The notes under the pieces were generated by a model that was not told the origin of the DNA, did no database searches, and worked only from the letters and a program-made list of their open reading frames with translations. The position numbers and the translations under genes are program-made. DNA of 53,744 bases from Lobosporangium transversale (lineage: Eukaryota): contig NW_019029011.1 in assembly GCF_002105155.1 (NCBI RefSeq), positions 434,001-487,744 of the forward strand, read 5' to 3'. This document shows, piece by piece, positions 11,564 through 22,815 of this stretch; within the stretch, counting starts at the first letter, position 1; every line of letters starts with the position of its first letter.

Positions 11564-13450
11564 TTATGCAACCCAGCCCTTGGCTATCCGTTCTAAGCGA
11601 TCCTCAAGCTGTCTCAAGTACAGGCTTCCAGGGTATACTTCATTACCCAAATGCTCCTTCCAGCCATGCGATTCCCACGGCATACGGTCCTCTGCTTCCA
11701 AAACCTCACTTCCGATTACGAAGTTCTGAAATCCAGTAGAGCGATGCGTGAGAATACCTTCTCGTGCACGAGAGTTCCATATTACTGAATTGGCCCCAGA
11801 GTAGCCCTGTCCTGTGCCCATGTCGCCACGGTTTATGATCTTGATTGCGCCATCAGTAGCGACTTGGTCTACAAGGATACCGGTACAAAACTTCATGTGG
11901 GGTCCTATTTCTCCTGGTGCAAATTTTAAGGGGAGAGGCTCACGAGGCTTTCCAATATTGATCGTCTGGGATCGGTGAAAGACAGTAGGGCCCATAACAT
12001 GACTAATATCGACAAAGAAATGGAATGACCCCTGCGAAAGCGAGTTCTTGATGAGCACTAACTGGCCAGAAAGTTGAAAAGCGGATTGGCCTGAAAGCAT
12101 GTCATTAGGATAAGAATGTACGACAGAGTCCATCGTAAGATGATGGACGTTTGTTCCTACTGAAATAAAATTGTGAAAGTAGGCGCTGGTGACATGTGTA
12201 ATATACATGTGGCAGACGCTGTCGATCCGGAAGGCATAGTTCGAAAAGATCTCATGTGAGAAACGATAATCTTTGCTTCCTCGGCCCGTCTCATCTAGCA
12301 TGTCCTCGGTTTTGCGTCCAATATTCTTAGGAAACACCATGTCCAAGTACTGGATACCGAGCGCTCGGATCTTGTTATCTTTGTACTTTGTCACAAACCC
12401 ACCTCCATATTGCCTTCGAATCGAGATAGGCAAAGGTGCGTCTAACTGCACAACGCCTGTCTGTGAGTTGAGCGACCGAATGGTCCTATACATCTTTGCT
12501 TGCATTTTCCGCCATGGTCTCACGCCCTTCTTATTCGTGTCGAAATGATCCATGCCGATATCCTCAATCCAACGTTTATTTCCAACCCGAGTAACAACTA
12601 CCTGGTCGCCCACAGCCAATCCTGAATCATCGAAAAAGGTTGGGTCCAGTGACAAGTAAAAGGAGCCCACAGGGATATAGTCAGCTACGATTGGGACATT
12701 GGTGTTTTGCATCATTATATCCTCTTCTCCTCTTTAAACAAACAAAAGCAAAAAAAAAAAAAAAAAAAAAAAAGAGGTAAGTATCAATAAGTTGGAATTA
12801 CTGCTTGGTTAAGAAGTTTGGTAATGGTAATTCGAAGATTAAAACGACAGAAATTAAATTACAAGATTTCAATAGCATAACGCGGCCCTGTGGGCTCCCA
12901 TTGACACACAATTCTGGAGCCACCGGCAGGATCCCCACGGAATAAGATACCGCTTGCTCGGATTTTTAGTGGCCTCGAGATCCTGTAGATGCCTTTTTCG
13001 AGGACGAGTGCTCCTTTTGGCACTACATCTAGTCCTTGTACAAGACCTCCTGTTGTTTGGGAAACGCGATTAATAGCTTGCTGAATCCTATCTGTATCGT
13101 CCCCTTGATCAGAATCATTCCCAGCGGCAGGGCGTGGCTGAACACGCTCTAGCACAGGTACATCCTGTTTTGCGTCAGGAATATCTGTATTCCCTTCATT
13201 CCATCCGACCATACTAAAGTCCATGATGCGATCACCTTGGCGATTGTACGCCAGATAGCCGAGAGGCGATTTAATATCATTTGTTACAGTTGGACGAACA
13301 ATTTTGCTGTACGGCTCATCAGAGAACAAATCAGGGAAGATTATTCCGTCCTCATCCCGGTCATCCTCCTCCTCAACACGACTCTTATCCTTGCGACTAA
13401 CACTTCCTTGGCTATTTTGAGGATGATAATGCACGGGATTCAGCCCACCT

Positions 13451-13484
<34 letters not shown>

Positions 13485-15050
13485 CAAAAAAAATAAAATA
13501 AATAATAAATAAATAAAAATAAATAATAAATAAATAAAAAAATTATTATTATTGGAGGTATCAGAGAGATATACGCATTAACAACGCTAAATAGCAAAAT
13601 GGATATTGTGCCATAGGACGTACGACTGCAGCCTCACCATACCATGCTTAACATGCCAAAAAGGGTCTTGGAAAACTTCTTCTGGTGGTATGGCCCAATT
13701 GTTAGTCGCAAACGCGCTCGTCCTTGCGTTGCTATCAAAAGCGTCTTCATTGGTATGAAGATGGACGTCGTCTTGATGTTGAGCGATCTGCAGTCCTCCT
13801 TTTCTAGCTTGATCGATCTCGTCCTGCTCGTTCAGCCAGTCGACTTGGGCTTCATTCTCCAATAGATCAATTTGATCCAATTTTGGTCGGGAAACCTCCT
13901 GACTGTTGTTTTCTTTTCCAGTTTGAGACTCTGACGGCTGTTTGCCTGTGATAACTCTATTATCAACATCATTTACCTTATCAATTTCACCTAATATTTC
14001 AAAATGAATTAAATTATTATTCAGTAACACATGAATCTCAGTTGCGAAGTTAGTCTTTTGCTTGCTAAGGCAGCCACGTAAATGACAGAGTTCCTGATGC
14101 TATGCATTGTGGCCTTTACCTAATCGAGTTCGTCCATTTTGATAGCTCTTTAGCTTAGGGTTGCTTAGTTCGTTAACATCCTCGCGGCCGTCGCAAACAT
14201 TGCCGTTGCCGTTGCCTGCAGCACATCTTCCAATGGGGACGTTGTTCGGTGTCGAATGACTTTGATATTGAAAATCACTATCCTTAGAAGAAAGGGCCCA
14301 GTCGGACGTTTCCGAGTCATCATACTGAAAATCCATTGACGTACTCTCGATCTCTTCGTCAGTAAGGCCTTCCCACGGCAAAGGTTCTTTCGAATGATGC
14401 ACTAAACTGAGCGGTTTACGATCTGTTTTATATAGTTTTTGAGATTCATCCATCAATTGTTTGTCCTCAGGGGTGAGTTCAAGGTAGAATGAGCCTCGTA
14501 ATCGGACACGGTCGAGTTCTAATCTGTTGATATATGCTTCCTCTTTTTCCTTTTCTCGCCTATCCTGTTCAGAAATCGCAGATGATTGAAGAGGAGGAGG
14601 TGCGCCAGCCACGACTGGGATTCGGAGTTGCTCAACAACTGAAGTTAAAGAGTCATACGGTACAGCTATGTTTTTTGCCTCTTGAGTCATCTCTTTGGCG
14701 GATATCACTGTAGCTGCAGCAAGCAGCAGCACAATGGATGAAACCCAGACAATATGACATCGCTTATAGCACAATCCACGAGGTCTAGAGTAGCCAAATG
14801 AATGAGAGACAAAAGGGGCGCATGAGATGGGTACTAAATTGTTTTCACTATTATAATTAATCTCTTTTCCGCTAGAGGTTCTTCGTAGCGAAGAATATTA
14901 CCTGAACAATTCTGAAGTTATTGTAGATCTGGAATGTTGAAGACTTGGAATATAACTAAGACCAAGATGAAAATGAAAGACGACGCGGTCCACCCGTGTC
15001 AAGTTGGTTTTCCCACGACTGTGTTTGAAAGGTCCAAGCTGATCCTCCAT
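11564..15050 (-). CDS. Membrane-anchored or secreted right-handed beta-helix (pectin-lyase fold) protein; exons 15050-14902, 14784-14120, 13990-13643, 13448-12863, 12731-11564
   Basis: All junctions are GT-AG and phase-consistent. Hydrophobic segment IVWVSSIVLLLAAATVISA. Motifs IMDFSMVGW, DDTDRIQQAIN, GALVLEKGIYRISRPL..SGILFRG, GPH...TGILVD, NRGDMGTGQGYSGANSVIWN, PGSLYLRQL. The first exon is less certain. Confidence 0.75.
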
Positions 15051-15882
15051 TTTCTTGCTGACTGGTGGATATCAGCGGAGCTATAACATGCGACAGACAG
15101 AGAAAAAAAAAACCATAAAAGTGAGTCGCTTCCAAGCGATGGCAACCCATTGCGCACGTGTAATAAAAAATGTTTAGGCATAATAAATATATATATATAA
15201 TCAAATACCAAGGAGTTTTTTTTTTTACCAATGACTATTTTTGTATATATAATACAATCAGTATTTTATTTTCTTTTTTCCAAGTCAACTTGGCTGTGAT
15301 GTTTGATTGGTGGTAGATAAAATATCCCCTAACTTGATTAGGCGAGATGATGTAATTGGGGGAACTTTCTTTTTTTATTTCTGTGTGAGTTGAGGCAAAA
15401 TTTTCTTTGGAGATTGAAATGGAAACAATTGAGAAGCAATGGAGGTCATGGTAAAAAAAAAAAAAAGAAAAAAGAAGAACAAAGAAGACTAGACAGACCT
15501 TAATTACATTGATTCCTCTCCCTTGATTTCCATTTTCCCTTGTTTCTTCATTTTTTTTATTTTTTATTTTTTTTTCAATCAGGATGGAAAAGAGAAGATG
15601 GATTACAGGGCACGCTAGCTTCTAAAGTATAAATAAGAGGCAATGTTTTCCTTCTCTCTCGAGCAACGCACCTTTGTCTACTGAATAACAGCCAGGTTAC
15701 TGAAGCATATTCTTCCACTCAATCACATGCCTCACTAACAAGATTGGTTCGAAGAAACTGCTGCTGTTATAATTGATACCGCTTGATGGAGATTTTTTAT
15801 ATCTTTTATTATTTTTTGAAATGTTGATGCTATTATTTATGGTTGGTGTTCATGCAAAGGTGATAGCAACAAGGGCGTACAG

Positions 15883-16668
15883 CTATCGAGAAGCCTTATC
15901 CTCATCCTTCTTCGCTTCAAGGTCTTCTTCATCTAGTACTTCACCATAACCTTTAGTAAAGACTTGAACATGATGAATCGAAGGCACACTGCGCAGCTCA
16001 GGTGGGTTAATAAAGAAGAGATATTCGCGCCCCGGAAGTCGCTCCTCAAGATACCTGCGGATCCAATCCTCATCTGGCAATGGATTCTTGGACCATATTA
16101 ACCAATGCTCAATACCGGATTCTACCGAGTATGGGAATTCATTCTTTTTGAGCGCAAACTCCAGAGGGTCAACGGGCTCTGTGGGCGAAGGAGGAGGAGA
16201 GCCCGAGGACGAGGAATCATCGCTGTCCGTGGAGGGAGAGGAAGGAGAAGAAACATTTTCCATAGGTGGCCAATGAAGAACTCGCTGGCGAATATATTCA
16301 TCGGGTGACCCATACTTCTTTGTACGCCTTTTGATGGCCCGCTGGTATGCTTCCTGGACGGCCTCGGATCGGGCCATCGGACTCAAATCCTTTTCGGCAA
16401 CCAACTTTGTAAGCTCCTCCCATGTAAACTTGTGTTTTGTAGGCTTTTTGAAGACAAGAGGCTTTTTTGTCGGGGTAGAAGGAGCGGATATGTCAGAGTC
16501 TGAGCGAGATAATGTTTGTTGTTGATCTTTAGTAGAGAAAGAGCTCTGTGTCTGGGCTATGGAGATATCGAGGGATCCTTTGAGGTCAGCACCCTTTTTC
16601 CTAGGTTCTTGGGCTTGCTCATGCACCGTCAGGATATCTGATTCGAGCTCGATATGATCTTTGGTCAT
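15883..16668 (-). CDS. DUF3605 / GIG1-like (N-acetylglucosamine-induced) protein
   Basis: Single ORF with family motifs TWEEL..RS, NEFPY...GIEHWLIWSK and FINPPELRSVPSIHHVQVF. Confidence 0.85.
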   Translation of the reverse strand: MTKDHIELESDILTVHEQAQEPRKKGADLKGSLDISIAQTQSSFSTKDQQQTLSRSDSDISAPSTPTKKPLVFKKPTKHKFTWEELTKLVAEKDLSPMARSEAVQEAYQRAIKRRTKKYGSPDEYIRQRVLHWPPMENVSSPSSPSTDSDDSSSSGSPPPSPTEPVDPLEFALKKNEFPYSVESGIEHWLIWSKNPLPDEDWIRRYLEERLPGREYLFFINPPELRSVPSIHHVQVFTKGYGEVLDEEDLEAKKDEDKASR

Positions 16669-17559
16669 TACAGCTAATAGTCTATTCGTATATGAGTGTG
16701 GAAGTGATTTTTTTTGTTTCTAGTAGTGAGTGGTTAGTGGAGAGTAAATGGGGTGTTCGGATTAATGATATAGTGGTAGGGATGGTAACAGGATGATGAT
16801 GATGATGATGATAATATATAAGTACAATGTTAAAATATATACATAAGAAAAAAAAAAATAATAAATATGTAACAGAAAGAAAAAAAAAATTATGGCGCCT
16901 TTTTATATGGCAGACTGGGATAGCTGAGAATAAAAAAAAAAAAAAAAGCACAAAACGGCAGTTTACAGTGGTAATATGATCAATTAGAATCTCACATTTA
17001 TTACATGTGTATGAGTGCTTTTTTCGGATTTAAAAAAAATTTTTTTTGTCATTGACTACAGGCGCCGGGTCATGTGATATTACTTTTTTTCCCTTTTTTT
17101 TTTTTTTTTTTTTTTTCTCGACTTTTACTTTTTGATTCGAAGAATGATATAGCCAAAGGGATCATCATCTCTGGTTCCTGCCTCATAAAAAGAGTTTTTA
17201 TAGTGTGCGCACTCAGCAGCACAATAGGCGAGATAACAGCTTCGTGGCACTGCGCACGCATCTCCATTGGTAGATGTTGTGTAATCTTTTCCCCTTCCTC
17301 ATACTTCCTCCCCCCCCTTTTTATTTCTTTCTTCGCCTTTTTCGTTAACCAATGCCTGTGTGCGCGAGTTAGGCGTGGGCCATTACTAAACTCCTTTTTT
17401 TTTTTTTTTTTTTTTTTTTTTGTTTCTATCGCAGACAAATTGACCGAATCCAATGATGGATCAGGTTGAAAGGATCGTCAAGGGCTAGAGAAATAAACAA
17501 CCTGAGTCATCTTTAGTAGACAATGTTATACTGGGGTAGACAATCTCTCTCCCTTTTTG

Positions 17560-17725
17560 CTTTTTTGTTTTTTAATTTTCATTTTATTTTTAATATTCTT
17601 TATTTCTAGATTTTATTTTTATTTTTATGCTATATAAGATTTTTATTTTAAATTTATTCTGATTTTTATTACATTTTTATTTTATTTTTTATTTATTTTC
17701 GATTTTAATTTTTATTTTCATTTTT
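17560..17725. repeat. T-rich low-complexity tract
   Basis: Almost pure T/A degenerate (ATTTTT)n sequence in the divergent GIG1-like/PAQR intergenic region. Confidence 0.7.
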
Positions 17726-18554
17726 CAATCCTAGTCAATGGGCGTCAATAACTTGTAATCCTTGTCATGAGGAAGATGCGACAACATGCACGCTCCGTGC
17801 CCCTTGTTGTCAATTGAGATGGGGAAGAGGGAATGATTCTTCTGCCTCGGAGGATCCAGGACATGCCAGACTTAGACACTGAGAGAGAAGAGCTCTCTTT
17901 GCATAAGCTCATAATAAACGGTGGATGAGATATGAAGTGGACTGAGCGGCAGGCAATAATAACAATTATAGATAGCTTCATGCAAAGCAAAAGCAGTGAC
18001 AGACACAAATATGGATTGCTTTATTGGATGAGATTGATTCAACGGTGCCATTTGAGCTTACGGGTAAATTGTCCAACCCTCGAACTCAGCTTGAACAGCC
18101 CTCCACATGAGGATTGGCGCGGGAATTGTTATTTCGGTTTCATTTTCTTTTCCTCTCTTCTCGTTCTTTCTCTTTCTCTTTCTCTCTCTTCCTTTCCTCC
18201 ATCTCTTTCTCCTCCTTTCCTTCATTCTTTCGCATATATAGGCCCATTCTCCCTTCCCTTGTATCTTGTCCCTTCCTTTCATTAATTACATCGCATTCAT
18301 TATTATACAAGTTAATATTCTTTACTACTTTATCAAACGTACATTTTTATCACTCATATTCTCATTTATATTCATTGAATCTCCATTTCTCTCACCTCCT
18401 CATTCACACATTTTATCAACCCGATTTGATCCATTAACTTCAATCCATTTAGCAGAGCACTTTCAATCCAAACTTATTTTTTCTCATAGTCTCTCACCCA
18501 CATAGGCTCTTTTCAACCTCTCCACTCACTTGCACTATTTTTTTTTCTTGGAGA

Positions 18555-18590
<36 letters not shown>

Positions 18591-18619
18591 CTCAATTCGA
18601 TCGTCGACACAACAACACC

Positions 18620-20267
18620 ATGTCCGAATTAAAAAAGAGAAATAGATCGACCTCTGTCCGGAAGAGTATGCAGGCTGTTGCTAGTAAGGCTGCAGCCATG
18701 CTACCCTTGGACCTTGAGAGTATTGATTCCGCTATCCTTGACAAACTGGAAAATGTCCTTTGTAAGATCGAGTCCAAACTGCGATCGATTGAAGCACCTG
18801 CGCTCGAAAAGGTAGATCGCACCCTTCGATTACTTGAAGAAACCTATGCTACTTTGGAGGTCCCTTCTATCGATCACAAGGTGCACACAACTCTAAAGGT
18901 TATGGAGGACACATATCATAATGCTCTTCAAGCAAAATCTACACTCAAAGACAAATTGAGCACAGCCATTATGATATTGGAGGAAAAATATGTTGAGCTT
19001 GAGCAGACCTCGTTTGAGCGAATGGACGATGCTATTGGCATGTTCGAGAAGGTCGACCGTCGGGCGATTTTGGACTATACAATTGACTCTATCGAATCAA
19101 GCCGCAAGGCTGCAGTTGAAGGTGCAAAGCATACCATCGATTCTATCGAAGCTCACAGCAAGGCTGCACTCGAAGGTGCAAAGTATACTATTGATTCAAT
19201 TGAGGCTCATCGTAGGGCTGCAATCGAAGGCGCAAAACGATTGCTTCGGTTTGAAGAGCTACCAGAACAGTGGCAAGAGAACAAGCACATCCTCTCGGGA
19301 TATCGGTTCTTATCGTCAAAAAAACAGTGCTTCCAATCCATCTTTTATGTCCACAATGAGTCCGGCAATATCTGGACACATCTTCTTGGATTCTTTTACT
19401 TCCTGACTGTCGGCATCTATTTTTTTTCTGGAACCAACCCCTATTTCTCAACACCATCCTCTACACTTGTCCGCAATCTTCCTTATATCCCTCCAGATGG
19501 CTATGACAAGCTGGTCTTTTTGGTCTTCTTCTTGGCAGTGTACAAGTGTCTGCTCATGTCCTCGCTCTGGCACACCTTTGCTCAAATTGCTCATGAGGGC
19601 ACAATGAAATGCATGGCCTGTTTGGACTATGTAGGCATCTCTGTTCTGATTGCTGCCAGTGTTGTTGTAACAGAGTACTATGGCTTCTACTGTGAATCTT
19701 TATTCCGCCACAGTTACATTGCTGCCACTGCGCTGTTTGGCGTCGCCGGTGTTGTTATTCCATGGTTCCCATGGTTCGATCAGAAAGGTAAGAAATTTTT
19801 TTTTTTTTTTTTTTTTGTCACACAAGAGTACCTGTGATCACTTAAAGCCCTCTTCTTCAACAATAAACCGTTATTAATTTACTATTTGATTTGACATGGT
19901 TATAGAGACACGCTGGCTTCGAATTACATTCTTCATCTCGATGGCAGCATCCGCGTTACTGCCTGTCTTCCATCTCATATTGATTCATGGCGCAGGAACG
20001 ACACTCGAATGGATCTTTCCCTTGCTTAAATCCTTGGGCTCATATGCCTTGGGAGTTTTTGTTTATGCTAATCAATATCCGGAGAAATTGTTCCCTGGAC
20101 GGTTCGACCATTTCGGCTCTTCTCATCAGCTCTGGCATCTCTGTGTACTGGGTGGTGTCTACTTTCATTTTACCGCAGCACTTTCGTTCTGGGAGCGGCG
20201 GTACGAGTTTGGATGCCCCTCAGGTTTTGAGGGCATTGCCCCTGTTGGAGGACTGACACCACTCTAA
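18620..20267 (+). CDS. PAQR/haemolysin-III family 7TM protein (IZH/AdipoR-like); exons 18620-19787 and 19906-20267
   Basis: LP.QWQEN.HILSGYR, HNESGNIWTH, SSLWHTF, LDYVGIS, PEK.FPGRFD..GSSHQLWH. The GT-AG intron 19788-19905 is in frame. Confidence 0.92.
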
Positions 20268-20997
20268 ATGGTTTTGCATAAATAAATTTGCTATAATGAG
20301 ACTATGTGTGTATAATTTATACTTTGATTCTACAATGTTGTTATTTTTTTCAAGTGTCCTTGAAAAAAAAAAAAAAAAAAAAAGTCTCCGACAGGTTATT
20401 AATGGATATGGGTTATGAAGCAGACGTGATGTTCCTTACAAAAGATGCAGAGAAAGAACGTTGTCACCCTTTTTTTTTTTTTTCACACGGCTCTGTCTGC
20501 CGCCCAATATTTCATATCAATTTTTTTTTTTTTTTACAGGCCCGAAATGCGCAGTTGCAAGCCCAAGTCACAGATCAAGGCGGAGAAAAGAACTGGAATG
20601 AAAATTGGGTTAGTTCATTATGGCAAACTGTTTACCAAGCTTATTTATTACCCATATGCTTGAGAGAAGCTTCTTTTTCGTTCTTTTCATTCTTTTTTCT
20701 TTTTTTCTTTTAGAGTACACATATAATATATCGTATATGCATCTATACATTACGAAAAAGATTAGTGCCAGCGTGGAGAATTCTTCACGACTTCAAAAAG
20801 CATCTGTAGTCAAAGAAAAAAGATACTCATATCGAAAAAAAAAAAAAATAGCGATCCTTGATCGAGAAATCCCCCAAGCCTCCCAAGATTAAACTTTCGC
20901 GATTTTATCACGTGCAACACACTCTTCAAGAAATATTAAAATAAAAAAAAAGAGGCGCAAACACCGTTTAGCATTTTACAGTTTGCACTTTACTCCC

Positions 20998-21644
20998 ATG
21001 AAGTAGGCGTCATGTTAACGATTATGATTTGGTTCACAATTATAAAATTTCGCTAATGCATTTACTTTATTTTTATTTTTATCTTTATTTGTCTTGTTTT
21101 AAACAGTGTGGTCAAGGAGATTCAACGGCTGAACGAACGTGAGGCAAGTCTCTCGACTTCGGCTTCTGGATCATGGCATGAACAATACAAGGATTCAGCC
21201 CATATCTTTGTCGGTGGCCTTCCTTACAACTTGACAGAAGGAGACATTATCTGTGTCTTGTCGCAATTTGGGGAAATTGCGGGGATCAATCTCGTCCGAG
21301 ACAAGGAAACGGGCAAATCCAAAGGATTTGCATTCCTGAAATATGTTGATCAACGATCCACTATTCTGGCAGTGGATAACATGAACGGAGCCAAGGTATT
21401 GAATAAACACGTATAAACATATACTTATTTATATAATTATATGTATATATTTTCTTTCTTTCTTCTTTATTTATTTATTTCTATTTGGTTGGGGATTCAT
21501 CTAGATTGGTGGCAGAGTGATCCGTGTAGATCATGTACAAAATTACAAAGTCCCTAAGGTCTTTGACGCCGACGGAAACGAGGTCGAACCTGATGAGGAC
21601 ATGGTCAATAATGCTGCTCCTAAGCCTATAGAAGGTACGATATG

Positions 21645-21677
<33 letters not shown>

Positions 21678-22669
21678 ATTGATGGACAAAATGTTCCTTT
21701 TTCTTGATTCTAATCCCCTTTATTCCATTAAATGTTATGGCGTCCATTTTATATCTCTTCTTCTTTTTCTTCTTCTTCTTTTGTTATTGTAATGATATAG
21801 AAGACGAATCTGAAGATGACGATAGCTCAAGCGAATCGGAAGGAGATGGCACAAGGATTGATATTGACGACCCTATGCGTGATTATCTTCTCAAGAAACG
21901 TCGCAAGAAAGAGAGCAAAAAGTCAAAGACAAAGAAACGGGATAAAGACAAGGATGACAACAAAGAGTCCAAAGAGGAGAGACGTGCACGTCGGGAGCTA
22001 AAAAAAGCGGCCAAGAAAGAGAAGAAAGAGAATAAGGCGCGAGAAAAGGAGCTGAAAGACAAGGACGAGATCAAAGTCGACCGTGACAATGACAATGACA
22101 ATAACAATAACAACAACAATAACTATAATAGGGAAGCAGAGGATAAAAAAGATGCAGATCAAATTACACAGAATTTAACAAAGACTGAAGAAAAGGAAAA
22201 AACACAGCATATCAGATCATCAAATACTTTTACAGAAGCTTCGCCCTCATCCCCATCTTCACAACTTCAGTCTTCATCGCCACCATCTCGTAGATCTAGA
22301 GCTAGATTATCAAGATCACGATCACGGTCACGGTCACGGTCGCCTGGACAAAGACGATCTCGCTCTTATCGCGACCGCAGCTCTGACCGTAATTACAGGC
22401 ATCGTCGACGTGATTCAAGGTCATTGTCACGATCCCCTAATAGATACCGTACCCATTCATCATCTTACCGTGATAGGAGTCGTGATAGAGCGCGAGATTA
22501 TGACCGAGATCGAGATCGGGGCTATTCAAGGGATCGAGATACCTACAGAGATAGGGACAGAGAAAGAGACAGGGACAGGGACAGAGATAGGGACAGGGAT
22601 TATTCTGGTAGTGGTCGGAGTCGGAATCATAGAGATGACAGCAGAGATCGAGCTAGAAGAGACTCATAG
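20998..22669 (+). CDS. IST3: RES-complex RRM splicing factor RBMX2/Ist3/Snu17 with RS/RD-rich tail; exons 20998-21002, 21107-21395, 21505-21634, 21801-22669
   Basis: MNVVKEIQRLNERE..SWHEQYKDSAHIFVGGLPYNLTEGDIICVLSQFGE..KSKGFAFLKY.DQRSTILAVDNMNG..GRVIRVDHV..YK; canonical splice sites. Confidence 0.92.
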
Positions 22670-22815
22670 AGCTAATATACTGTTGCGTTCATTTTGTTTT
22701 TTATGTTATTTTATTTTAGTTTTTTTTAACAAAAAAAGTCATTCAATGACGAAATAATATACAAGAATAATGCTTTTCGAAAGGGTTTTTTTTTTTTTTT
22801 TTTTTTTTAAAAAAA

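Noticed and set aside
22320..22600. Short tandem repeats (GACAGG, CACGGT) suggestive of an array
   Set aside because: They encode the RS/RD dipeptide tail of RBMX2. There is no repeat-spacer structure, and no CRISPR array anywhere in the window.
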